DNA of 64,000 nucleotides from a virus (Duplodnaviria; Caudoviricetes): IMG/VR virus record IMGVR_UViG_2910013374_000001, positions 32,001 to 96,000 of that record; one strand, 5' to 3'. Shown piece by piece: positions 55,614 to 64,000 of this stretch (position 1 is its first letter; each line of letters starts with the position of its first letter). The notes under the pieces were generated by a model. It saw only the letters and a program-made list of their open reading frames with translations, ran no database searches and was not told where the DNA came from. The position numbers and the translations under genes were made by a program.

Positions 55614-57958
55614 TGGCAGATCTAAACGCAAGAATCCTGCCCCTCCGTACAGAAGTACAGGGACGAGAACCTGACGACTTGACGATGGTGGGACTGGGGC
55701 AGGACCCCATCGATGTGGGCGAGCTGGTCCTCAACCTCGAGGATCGCAAGATCTTTTCCAAGAAATCCGACGGCACGATCGTCACCCTTGGATCTGGCTC
55801 GTTGGATTCCAATGACCTCCTTCCTGGTGAGCTCCTAGGCCAGGCGCTCGTATGGAACGGCGTGGATTGGGTGAATGGCCCGGTGCTCGGCGGACTGCCT
55901 CCGGCTGCTGTTGGAGGTGATCCCACCACCACCTTCCTCACCAACATGGAGGGCAATGGCAACAACACTGCTGGAGCGAAAGAAGCGCTCACCTATGTCG
56001 GAGACTCTGCCTTCGATTCCAAGACACTGTTCGGCACCGGGAGCGTCTTCAATCCAGGCACCGGATCTTGGGTGAATTGGGAAAGAAGTCAGGCCTACAA
56101 GCTGGACCAGAACGAATGGACTCTCGAGTTTTGGTTCTCGTCGGATGGCGTCCTGGTCGATGATGGCGAATGGATCCTGAGCGCATCCGCTGGCGACAGT
56201 GGTGACTATGGATGGAGGGAAGAGAATGGCAATTACTGGAGCACCAAGGTTGGAGCCAGGCAGGCCACATTCAGCTATTGGTCAGGCTCAGAACAGCAGA
56301 ACATCGTCTGGAATTACGTCCCGCTCGACTACAGCCGCAAGTGGATCAACGTTGTATTTCAAGCAAGCGGCAGTGGCCTGTCCCTTTGGTTGGATGGCGT
56401 CTTCTTTGGGTCCAAGTCGTATGTCAAGAGTGCCGACCCCACAGGATTGCTCCCTCGGCTGACCTTTGGCAGCTTCGAGGAGAGCACTGAAGGCAACCCT
56501 GTCTTCGAGGGGTGGCTTGGTGGTGCACGGATCATTCAAGGGCGGACCCAATACGCGCCATTGGTTGACCACGAGGTCATAGCTGAGCCCTTCGGGTCGA
56601 CGGGTGACCTCGGATTCAACCTGCAAAAACTCGAGGATGTCTCGATCAACAGGTTGGAGTTAAAGGACGGCCAGGCCTTGGTCTACGACTCCTCGTCCAA
56701 CACCTTCGCCAATCGTTTTGCTCGCATCCAAGATTCCGGAGACTTCCAGCTGAGCGAGTCGTTGCCGACTGTCGCCAGGTGGGATCAAGGGAGTGAATCA
56801 AACCCTGGCCAGTACTCAGTTGACGGTGAGACATGGCTACTCAACGTCGTCGATAGCGCGACGAACGATCAGACCTTGCTTATCGAGGAGGCGAGCACAT
56901 CAGGGATTCTCTTTTGGTCTGCAGATGGAATCTCTTGGAATGAGACCCCATACAGCGGCTTGTTTTTGGGTGCACTTCTTGTCCGAATTGACTTTGCAAC
57001 CGCTCCGCTTCCTGGTCCGAGCTTATTTCTGGCATTCGATACTCCAGGAGCTGAGGTCTCGTATCCGCTAAGAGAAGGAGACACTCTCAAGTGGGACGGT
57101 GCGAAGCAGGCTTTCCGGCCAATCCCGCTCAGTTCGCTCGGCATCAATGTCAACGACCTGGTCGATGTCAACACACTGACCAATCCACCGACTCAAGGAC
57201 AAGCCTTGGTTTGGGATGCAATCGCTGGGACATGGAAGCCAGGAGACGTCGCGACCGACGTCAGTGGAATCGTTCTGGAGGAGTTGGCTGACACAGCCTT
57301 CACGGGCCTGACAACTGGCCAGATCATTCGATACGACGGATCCAACTGGATCAACGAGACCCTGGACTACAGCCTGGTTCGAAACGCACCAACGATCCCC
57401 ACCACGATCTCCACGCTCGACGACACAGATTTTTCTGATGCACCAACTGTCGGTCAGGTTCTTGTCTGGAATGGAAGCAAATGGACTCCAGCGGATCCAA
57501 CGGGCGGTGGCGGCGGTGGATCTACGACAGCAGGAGCTATCACCGAACGTGCAGACATCACGGTTGGAGCCAGTCTTGACTCGAACAGCAGTGCGAATCT
57601 TGATTTCAATGGGCTAGGAGAAGCTGGCTCCTTCGTGCAAGTCACTACAAGTTCGGCGGCTTGGGTGCGGTTCTATCCGACCAGTCAGGATCGATTGAGT
57701 GACATAACCAGAGACGAGGACACTGATCCTTTGCCGGGGTCTGGGGTGCTTCTTGAGATCCGAACGAAGCAACCTGGACAGGTCGTCAAGATCACTCCCG
57801 CTGCGCTGTACTACAACAACGATCTTCTCCCCGAGCAGAAGCTTTACGCCAGGGTCACCAATCGCAGTGGCGAAACAGCTCTCGTCAACGTGACAGTCAG
57901 GGCCTTCACTCAGACAGACACCCAGGCAATCTCCGGCGGGACCTTCGGCTCTGGCTAG
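55613..57958 (+). CDS. Tail fibre protein with Mtd_N-like N-terminus and LamG domain
   Basis: RILPLR...GELVLNLEDRKIF; WTLEFWF..LWLDG; ends ISGGTFGSG. Confidence 0.85.
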   Translation: MADLNARILPLRTEVQGREPDDLTMVGLGQDPIDVGELVLNLEDRKIFSKKSDGTIVTLGSGSLDSNDLLPGELLGQALVWNGVDWVNGPVLGGLPPAAVGGDPTTTFLTNMEGNGNNTAGAKEALTYVGDSAFDSKTLFGTGSVFNPGTGSWVNWERSQAYKLDQNEWTLEFWFSSDGVLVDDGEWILSASAGDSGDYGWREENGNYWSTKVGARQATFSYWSGSEQQNIVWNYVPLDYSRKWINVVFQASGSGLSLWLDGVFFGSKSYVKSADPTGLLPRLTFGSFEESTEGNPVFEGWLGGARIIQGRTQYAPLVDHEVIAEPFGSTGDLGFNLQKLEDVSINRLELKDGQALVYDSSSNTFANRFARIQDSGDFQLSESLPTVARWDQGSESNPGQYSVDGETWLLNVVDSATNDQTLLIEEASTSGILFWSADGISWNETPYSGLFLGALLVRIDFATAPLPGPSLFLAFDTPGAEVSYPLREGDTLKWDGAKQAFRPIPLSSLGINVNDLVDVNTLTNPPTQGQALVWDAIAGTWKPGDVATDVSGIVLEELADTAFTGLTTGQIIRYDGSNWINETLDYSLVRNAPTIPTTISTLDDTDFSDAPTVGQVLVWNGSKWTPADPTGGGGGGSTTAGAITERADITVGASLDSNSSANLDFNGLGEAGSFVQVTTSSAAWVRFYPTSQDRLSDITRDEDTDPLPGSGVLLEIRTKQPGQVVKITPAALYYNNDLLPEQKLYARVTNRSGETALVNVTVRAFTQTDTQAISGGTFGSG

Positions 57959-57992
57959 CCGGAAGCCTAGCGGCGTCTGACGCCCAGCCTCC

Positions 57993-60900
57993 GTGACTGA
58001 CTTCATCGCAAGAATCAAGCCGAAGCGTTCGACGGTTTCTGGTGAAGTTCCTGCGCCTACGGATTTAGAGCTGGCGGAGTTAGCAGTCAATACGGCCGAT
58101 GGTGTTCTCTTTACCAAGCACACAGATGGAACGATCAAGTCCATCTCCGGCGGAGGTGGAAGCGGTGGTGGCACGATCGAAAGCATCGGAAACGTCGAAC
58201 CTCGGCAGGTTGCCACCAGCTACGCCTCATGGAACAACGGCGAGAGCGCAACGAGTGCCGGTGGGTGGTTTTACGACATCGATGCAAGTTCTACTCTCAC
58301 TCTCAACAAGGAAGATGCCAACGGCGACCTCGTTACGCCATACGTCTCAACACTGCCAGCGAGTGGAACGTTTTGGTGGAGTAACGACGACATCAACTTC
58401 CTTGCGACCGCTTACAGCAACCTGGCAATCAATGGTGCGGCAGGACTGATCACCTTCGACGTCGTCGAACTACCAGGGATTCAGAGCTCCTCAACGCTTT
58501 ACGTCGCCTGGGCGGATCCGTACAGCGAATCGGCCAGCTTCGACGGCGATCTCTTGGTGTTCGATGCCACGAAGGGTCAATGGGTCCCAACGTCTGCAGA
58601 GCTAAGCGTCCCGAACAAACTCGTGGACCTGGATGACGTCGATCTGACACCGACTGAGCTTGTCGACGACCTTCCGGTGGTCTGGGATGGATCGAGCCAG
58701 ACGTTCAAGGCGGACTTCCCGCTCCTCTCTATTGACCCACAGGAGGGGGCACGTTCATTTGGAGGCAGCCTTGGACTGCTTGGACCTTCTACTTTTTACG
58801 GAATACCCCAAGACGCAGTGGGGGACGGCTGGACAGACCTGAATTTGACCGGTGATGACCGGTCCCACCGTCTCCAAACCCCAGCGGATTTAGTCGGTGT
58901 CGTGTTCTATGGCAAGCCAATTCCGGCCGAGATTCTCTTCGACACCAATGGGGCCCTTTACTGGGGAGTCAATGCGCAAGAGATAAGTTTTATCGGCGGA
59001 GGCGACATACGCGACGACGCAGACAGAGGCAGCGAGTTTTTTCTCGCTTTGTGGAGTCAAGACACACAGGCAAGGGCCACGTTTGAGCAGTTCGATGGAA
59101 CGACCTGGACCCTTCGACTAGAGCAGCGGCTCCCCTACAACAGCCAAAACGGAGTTCCAGTTGAGGTCAGCTTCAAGACCGATGGCACGATCAGGGTGAT
59201 CTATGGCAGCAACAGTGGATCCGACATCCAACTCGGCTCCCGACGCCAGGGAATCGTTATTGATGATGAGCTGATTGTTGGTGGCTGGAGCTATCAAGGA
59301 GATGGTCACCTTGGAAACTTCACTTGGGAGACGTTCAAGATCCTCGGCGGCGGTCGGGGGATAGAAGATCTATCAAACGTCTCACGAACACTTCCAGCGC
59401 AGGGAGAAGTCCTGCAGTGGGACGAAAACTTTCAACAATTCCGACCCGGTCCGGTCTTAACTCTTAGTGATTCAGCACCTATTGTCGATCAGTATCACGT
59501 TATTGCTGAAGAAGATGTAATAGTTTCCGGCAATATCGACGAAGGCACGTGGGGAATTGATTATGGGATCATCATTTTTGGTACGCAAAACCCTTCTATT
59601 CCTGTTGATGACCTGAGAAGGTTGCAACCTGGGGACGAACTTACATTCACTAAGGATGGCTTTCCACCTTTCAATGTAAAAGTCGACCAAGCAGCGCAAC
59701 CACTTCTATCGTATTCAGATGTTGAGTATGTCGATCTGTTATTACAGGCACCTGCTGAACTTAGTTACGTTGCTGGCGTAGCAATCAGTTCCCCTCGGTT
59801 TGAGGATGGAGCTACTGACGGACAAGCGACCCAGTACATCCTTCAATGGCACGATTCCGATCAGAAATATAAAACTGCTGAGCTCCGTTTACCTGAAGCT
59901 GCTGTCGGGAGTGTCAACGAACAGACAGGTGAAGTAAGCCTGGGCATCCAGGACATGAATGATGTCTTACTCCCTGGAGGAAATCTTTCAGACGGCGACA
60001 TCCTGAAGTGGAATAACGGACTTCAATCGTTCGTGGGTGCTCAGCTTCCTGAGCCCTCCGTCAATCTCGATGACCTCGAGGACGTTGATCTCGCCACGAC
60101 ACTTCCAACTGACAGACAGGTGCTGGGCTACGACGCGGCAAGCCAGGGATGGAAACCGCTAACGGTGGCTTTCGATGATGAGATAGATGCGATAGAGGCT
60201 TGGGTTGAGGCCAAGGGCTATGCAACCGAAACCTGGACCGAGTCTTTCGTTGATGCGCAGGACTTTGCGACCGAGGCTTGGGTTGATCTATGGCTTCTGG
60301 CGAAGAACTACGCGACGAAGACCTGGGTTACAGACAAGAACTACGCCGCCCAAGTCTGGGTCGAAAATAAGAACTACGCCACAGAGTCTTGGGTTGAAAA
60401 TAAGACTTATGCAACAGAGGCCTGGGTTGAAGAAAAGAGTTATGCAACAGAGGTCTGGGTTGAAGAGAAGAGTTATGCAAGCGAGACCTGGGTCGAAGAG
60501 AAGAGTTACGCCACGGAGACCTGGGTCCAAGCAGAGATCCAGGCAGAGATTGGAGCGCTTCAAGCTGAGGTTTTAACCCTGCAGGACCAGCTCGAAACCA
60601 AGATCGACCCAGCCCCGCAAGACGGATCTGCTTACGTTCGTCAGGACGGACAGTGGCTCAGCCTCGCTGGAGTTCTTGCTGCTCTTGGCTTCCAGCCCGG
60701 TGGCGGTGGAGGTCCTCAGACGCCAGACGTCCCTGAAGTCATCAATGGCGGTGACTTCTCAACCGGTGCTGCTGGAAGTGTCGACCTGACTCTTGCTGGT
60801 GGCAACTTCACGACAGGATCAGCTGGCAACAGTGACGCGACCCTCGACGGAGGCAACTTCTCTGGCGGCACCGTGACCGCTTCTGGTGGTGACTTCACGA

Positions 60901-61829
60901 CTGGCGCGGCTGGTGGTATCGATGCGAGCTACGGCGGTGGGGACTTCAGCAGCGGAGCCCCTGGCCAGTCCAATGTGACTCTCGACGGCGGTTTCATCTC
61001 GCCTGACATTCTTGAGGAAACTCTCAGTGGCGGCGACTTCACCAGTGGAGTCGGTGGAACCGACGACAGGTCCTTCGGTGGCGGCGACTTCCGCAGTGGT
61101 CAGTCCAGTGGTTCGGATGAATATCTCGACGGTGGAGTCTTCTCTTCAGGTAGCGGTGGCCCCTCTTTCGGCGGCGGCGACTTCGGATCCGGTGGTTCTG
61201 GTGGGCCCGACGTCACTCTGAGCGGTGGCAATTTCTCGAGCGGAGAATCAGGCTCGACCGATATCACCCTTGATGGCGGAGTCCTCGATGGTGGTGGATT
61301 GCTGGCTGGTGGCGGTGACTTCATCAGCGGCGGATTCGGTGGTCCTGACATCACTTATGGAGGCGGCGACTTCTCAGCCGGTGGTTCTGGCTCTGAGGAC
61401 GTGACTCTTGATGGAGGCTTCTTCGAGGGTGATGGCCTGACGACCGGTGGCGGCGACTTCACTGCTGGTGGATCCGGCGGCCCCGATGTGACTTACGGAG
61501 GCGGTGACTTCTCGACCGGAGGCCCTGGCTCTGGTGATGTGAACCTTGATGGTGGTGACTTCGGCGGCCCTGAAGCAAGCGGCGGTGACTTCACTTCCGG
61601 CCAATCCGGTGATGACAACTCAACCTATGGAGCCGGAGACTTCTCGACCGGAACATCCTCGGGAGAGTCAGTGACCATGGATGGTGGCGACTTCACCGCT
61701 GAGGGTGGTGGCGACTTCACGAGCGGCGGAGCGGGTGGAGCTGATGTGACATTTGGGGCTGGCGACTTCACTTCCGGCGAGTCATCTGGAGCCGCTGTCG
61801 AAATGGATGGAGGCGACTTCAGCAGCTGA
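57993..61829 (+). CDS. Tail fibre/scaffold protein: Mtd_N-like head, YATExWV repeats, foldon, 24 GG[DN]F-type motifs
   Basis: RIKPKRS...AELAVNTADG; APQDGSAYVRQDGQW; Gly-rich C-terminal array. Confidence 0.85.
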   Translation: MTDFIARIKPKRSTVSGEVPAPTDLELAELAVNTADGVLFTKHTDGTIKSISGGGGSGGGTIESIGNVEPRQVATSYASWNNGESATSAGGWFYDIDASSTLTLNKEDANGDLVTPYVSTLPASGTFWWSNDDINFLATAYSNLAINGAAGLITFDVVELPGIQSSSTLYVAWADPYSESASFDGDLLVFDATKGQWVPTSAELSVPNKLVDLDDVDLTPTELVDDLPVVWDGSSQTFKADFPLLSIDPQEGARSFGGSLGLLGPSTFYGIPQDAVGDGWTDLNLTGDDRSHRLQTPADLVGVVFYGKPIPAEILFDTNGALYWGVNAQEISFIGGGDIRDDADRGSEFFLALWSQDTQARATFEQFDGTTWTLRLEQRLPYNSQNGVPVEVSFKTDGTIRVIYGSNSGSDIQLGSRRQGIVIDDELIVGGWSYQGDGHLGNFTWETFKILGGGRGIEDLSNVSRTLPAQGEVLQWDENFQQFRPGPVLTLSDSAPIVDQYHVIAEEDVIVSGNIDEGTWGIDYGIIIFGTQNPSIPVDDLRRLQPGDELTFTKDGFPPFNVKVDQAAQPLLSYSDVEYVDLLLQAPAELSYVAGVAISSPRFEDGATDGQATQYILQWHDSDQKYKTAELRLPEAAVGSVNEQTGEVSLGIQDMNDVLLPGGNLSDGDILKWNNGLQSFVGAQLPEPSVNLDDLEDVDLATTLPTDRQVLGYDAASQGWKPLTVAFDDEIDAIEAWVEAKGYATETWTESFVDAQDFATEAWVDLWLLAKNYATKTWVTDKNYAAQVWVENKNYATESWVENKTYATEAWVEEKSYATEVWVEEKSYASETWVEEKSYATETWVQAEIQAEIGALQAEVLTLQDQLETKIDPAPQDGSAYVRQDGQWLSLAGVLAALGFQPGGGGGPQTPDVPEVINGGDFSTGAAGSVDLTLAGGNFTTGSAGNSDATLDGGNFSGGTVTASGGDFTTGAAGGIDASYGGGDFSSGAPGQSNVTLDGGFISPDILEETLSGGDFTSGVGGTDDRSFGGGDFRSGQSSGSDEYLDGGVFSSGSGGPSFGGGDFGSGGSGGPDVTLSGGNFSSGESGSTDITLDGGVLDGGGLLAGGGDFISGGFGGPDITYGGGDFSAGGSGSEDVTLDGGFFEGDGLTTGGGDFTAGGSGGPDVTYGGGDFSTGGPGSGDVNLDGGDFGGPEASGGDFTSGQSGDDNSTYGAGDFSTGTSSGESVTMDGGDFTAEGGGDFTSGGAGGADVTFGAGDFTSGESSGAAVEMDGGDFSS
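60219..60530 (+). repeat. Coding tandem repeat, mostly 33 nt (YATExWVExKx)
   Basis: Nine YAT/FAT units, most 11 aa. Confidence 0.85.
60741..61829 (+). repeat. Coding repeat: eight triplets of GG[DN]F-type motifs
   Basis: Within each triplet the spacing is exactly 17+17 aa and the third motif is always [LM]DGG. Confidence 0.9.
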
Positions 61830-61830
61830 T

Positions 61831-61891
61831 CGAGGCCCTCTCAAAGACAAGATCTGCGCCCGTACATGAAACGGGTGCAGAACCAGAGGTT
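61831..61891 (+). repeat. Dispersed 61-bp element, copy 5
   Basis: Core at 61831-61858 plus extension. Confidence 0.9.
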
Positions 61892-61928
61892 CCCGGAACC
61901 CTGACTGCGAAACCACAGCGTCACCCCG

Positions 61929-63626
61929 ATGCCAGTCCCCTCCCCACGCTCGAAGCTGCTGCCCGCACGGGGTAACGCAGCCGATCTACTTGCCAATGTC
62001 TCCGCCCTTGTCGAGGGTGAGATCTGTTATGCGATCGACGAAAATTCCTACTACCAGAAAGTCGGCGCCTCCCTCGTAAAAGTTTCAGGCGGATCAGGAT
62101 CCGGAACTTCTTACGACGACACCGCTCTTGCTGGTCGCGTGACAACGGTCGAGGGAGAGGTTGATGCTCTTGAGACAACCGTTGCTGGGCTCTCCAGCTA
62201 TGACGACACCGCTCTTGCTGGTCGCGTGACGACTGTCGAAGGCGACGTTGATGCCCTGGAGACCACCGTTGCTGGGCTCTCCAGCTATGACGACACCGCT
62301 ATCGACGGCCGTGTCACTCAACTCGAATCAGACGTCTCTGGTCTGAGTGCCTACGACGACACTGCACTGGCTGCTCGCGTGACTCTCGCCGAGAGCGACG
62401 TCGATACTCTCGAGACCGACGTCGATACTCTCGAGACCGATGCAACTGCGTTGGCTGCTCGCGTGGCTCTCGCTGAAGGTGAAATCACCGACATCAAAGC
62501 CGATGCGCTCACCACGGCTGCAATCGACACAACTCAACAGTTAGCTCTGAATGATCTAGGCCCCCGAGTCACCACTCTTGAGAGCTCTACATATAACGGC
62601 CCCACCATCAGTGGTGACTTCGGAATAGCAACCGGGACCGCAGCCTTCGCTCCGGGGGATGGGAGTGTCCTCACCTTTACTGCGACGGGCGATCAGTTTC
62701 ACACTTTTACTGTGGGAAATACATACCCTCAAGGCGGGGTATCCGGAACTACTTGGGCATTGGACAACGGGAGTGTTTTCTATGGCTTGAATGAACCCAC
62801 GATTCCTGTCGATGATCTAAGAAGATTGCAAGTTGGGGACGAGGTTACATTTATCATCCCTGGAGAATCAGTTCCTTTCACGGCTACAGTTACCCAATCA
62901 AACACAACAGCCACTTCTGAGATTGAGTACTTAATCCTGGGCTTACAAAATCCTGCCGGTACGAGTTTTATACCTGGGACAACAATCAGTTCTCCAAAGT
63001 TTCAGGATGGAATCACCGAAGGCCTTTACTTCCCTGCGCCCTCTAGCTCTTCCCTCAGCTCCCTGACCGATGTTGATGCACTCACTCCATCGGATGGCAA
63101 TGTTCTCGCTTACAACAACACAGCCGGTAAGTGGGAGCCAACTGCACCAGCAACCGGTGGCGGTTCCGGTGGAGAGATCACTGGTCAATACAACATCGAC
63201 ACCGGCATCGCTGAAGCTCCTCCCCAGGAAGGACAAGTGCTGACCTGGAATGAGTCCGCCGGCTACTACTTGCCATCGGCTCCTTCCGGCGGCGGCGGCG
63301 GATCCTCGACCGTGACCGGTGACATCGAGATCGATCAAGGAATTGCGGCGTCCTCTCCGCAAGCAAATACCGCGTTGATGTTCAACGCGATTGCAAACAA
63401 ATTCATCCCTAGTGAGACATTCCGAATCGTTGGCATCGCACTGACTTTTGCCGACACATCAGCGAAACCAATATGGGAAGATCCCGGCACCGTTGGTGAT
63501 GTTTTCATCGACGCTTACGACTGGACGATGGTCATCTACACCGGTCCGTTTGATCCGAACGAGGGCGCTGGTGGCTGGCTTCAGATCGATATGAACCAAT
63601 CGGGTGGCGGTGGAGGCCTTGCCTGA
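61929..63626 (+). CDS. Tail fibre protein with Mtd_N-like head and YDDT coiled-coil repeats
   Basis: LPARG...LVEGEICYAID; YDDTALAGRV repeats (87-nt duplication from about 62112). Confidence 0.85.
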   Translation: MPVPSPRSKLLPARGNAADLLANVSALVEGEICYAIDENSYYQKVGASLVKVSGGSGSGTSYDDTALAGRVTTVEGEVDALETTVAGLSSYDDTALAGRVTTVEGDVDALETTVAGLSSYDDTAIDGRVTQLESDVSGLSAYDDTALAARVTLAESDVDTLETDVDTLETDATALAARVALAEGEITDIKADALTTAAIDTTQQLALNDLGPRVTTLESSTYNGPTISGDFGIATGTAAFAPGDGSVLTFTATGDQFHTFTVGNTYPQGGVSGTTWALDNGSVFYGLNEPTIPVDDLRRLQVGDEVTFIIPGESVPFTATVTQSNTTATSEIEYLILGLQNPAGTSFIPGTTISSPKFQDGITEGLYFPAPSSSSLSSLTDVDALTPSDGNVLAYNNTAGKWEPTAPATGGGSGGEITGQYNIDTGIAEAPPQEGQVLTWNESAGYYLPSAPSGGGGGSSTVTGDIEIDQGIAASSPQANTALMFNAIANKFIPSETFRIVGIALTFADTSAKPIWEDPGTVGDVFIDAYDWTMVIYTGPFDPNEGAGGWLQIDMNQSGGGGGLA

Positions 63627-63650
63627 TCTCGGTCTGAACTGAACAGTTTT

Positions 63651-63677
63651 GGCTTCGCTTCGGCGGGGCCTTTTTTT
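63651..63677 (+). terminator. Intrinsic terminator
   Basis: GGCTTCGC-TTCG-GCGGGGCC-T7. Confidence 0.9.
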
Positions 63678-63721
63678 GTGCCTGCAGTCCGGAACCCTAG
63701 GCCGCTTCTGCCAGCCCAGCC

Positions 63722-64000
63722 GTGACCCTTTTCATTGGAGAACAGTCGACTACAGGCTTGAACCTGTACGACGGCGACCCGACTGAATTGTCAGTCTGGG
63801 GCTGGGTAAACGATCGGCTGATCGACTGGCTGGGAGAGATTTGCGACCCCCAATTTGGGGCAATCACCAATGCCGGGTCGGGGTATATCGACGGCGTCTA
63901 CACCGAAGTGGAGTTGCGGAGAACGGCTTCGACTCAGACTGGTGGCAACCACATGCTTTGCACAGTCACTATCGCTGGCGGCGGTGTGAGTGATGTGCAG
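63722..64000 (+). CDS. Structural protein, truncated by the window end
   Basis: GTG 32 nt after CGGAACCCT; open to the end; ITNAGSGY.DG.Y..V motif. Confidence 0.7.
   Translation, partial: MTLFIGEQSTTGLNLYDGDPTELSVWGWVNDRLIDWLGEICDPQFGAITNAGSGYIDGVYTEVELRRTASTQTGGNHMLCTVTIAGGGVSDVQ

Larger units (their letters stand above)
1..64000 (+). mobile_element. Segment of a siphovirus-type (probably cyanobacterial) phage genome: accessory/early region plus neck-tail module
   Basis: Tape measure, major tail protein, frameshifting tail chaperone, gp10-like protein, MuF and fibre genes; dense co-oriented small ORFs; no host housekeeping genes. Confidence 0.95.

Noticed and set aside
55613-63626. Diversity-generating retroelement suggested by Mtd_N-like domains
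   Set aside because: No reverse transcriptase and no TR/VR pair differing at adenines seen in the window
28272-63626. Numerous antisense and alternate-frame ORFs of 60-290 aa inside the long genes
   Set aside because: Expected shadows of high-GC codon bias; no motifs, promoters or ribosome-binding signals
1-64000. tRNA/rRNA genes, integrase, terminase, portal, major capsid, endolysin, photosynthesis genes
   Set aside because: No recognisable motifs by eye; presumably outside this window, so lifestyle (temperate or lytic) cannot be called

Overview
This window is 64 kb of a high-GC, long-tailed (siphovirus-type) phage genome. The host is most likely a picocyanobacterium, given a DUF4278 gene with a glutamine-II riboswitch and several cyanophage-type small proteins. 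Almost all genes are on the + strand. Positions 1-16.9 kb are small early/accessory genes behind sigma70-like promoters. They are interrupted by a 1750-aa MuF (SPP1 gp7-type) minor head protein carrying zeta-toxin-like kinase, zincin, Rho-N and ADP-ribosyltransferase domains, by three tiny ORFs next to it, and by an iteron array with an AT-rich tract (candidate origin). Positions 17-64 kb are the neck/tail module: HK97 gp10-like protein, frameshifting tail chaperone, HNH nuclease, fibre proteins, class-3 lipase, major tail protein with an in-frame extension past an amber stop, 2154-aa tape measure, tail-tip proteins, a 2678-aa extremely Cys-rich protein, and a chain of LamG/Mtd_N-like fibre proteins. 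Main non-coding patterns: about 28 copies of a CGGAANNCT motif at near-fixed distance from late start codons, usually followed by a hairpin; five dispersed copies of a 28/61-bp element in both orientations; and repeated intergenic cassettes. The most striking candidate new systems are (i) a multivalent docking scaffold of eight GG[DN]F triplets that could build a branched tail fibre and (ii) a triple-toxin MuF with three separately promoted candidate antitoxins. No terminase, portal, capsid, integrase, polymerase, tRNA or CRISPR array was recognised. All assignments come from reading motifs by eye; no searches were run.
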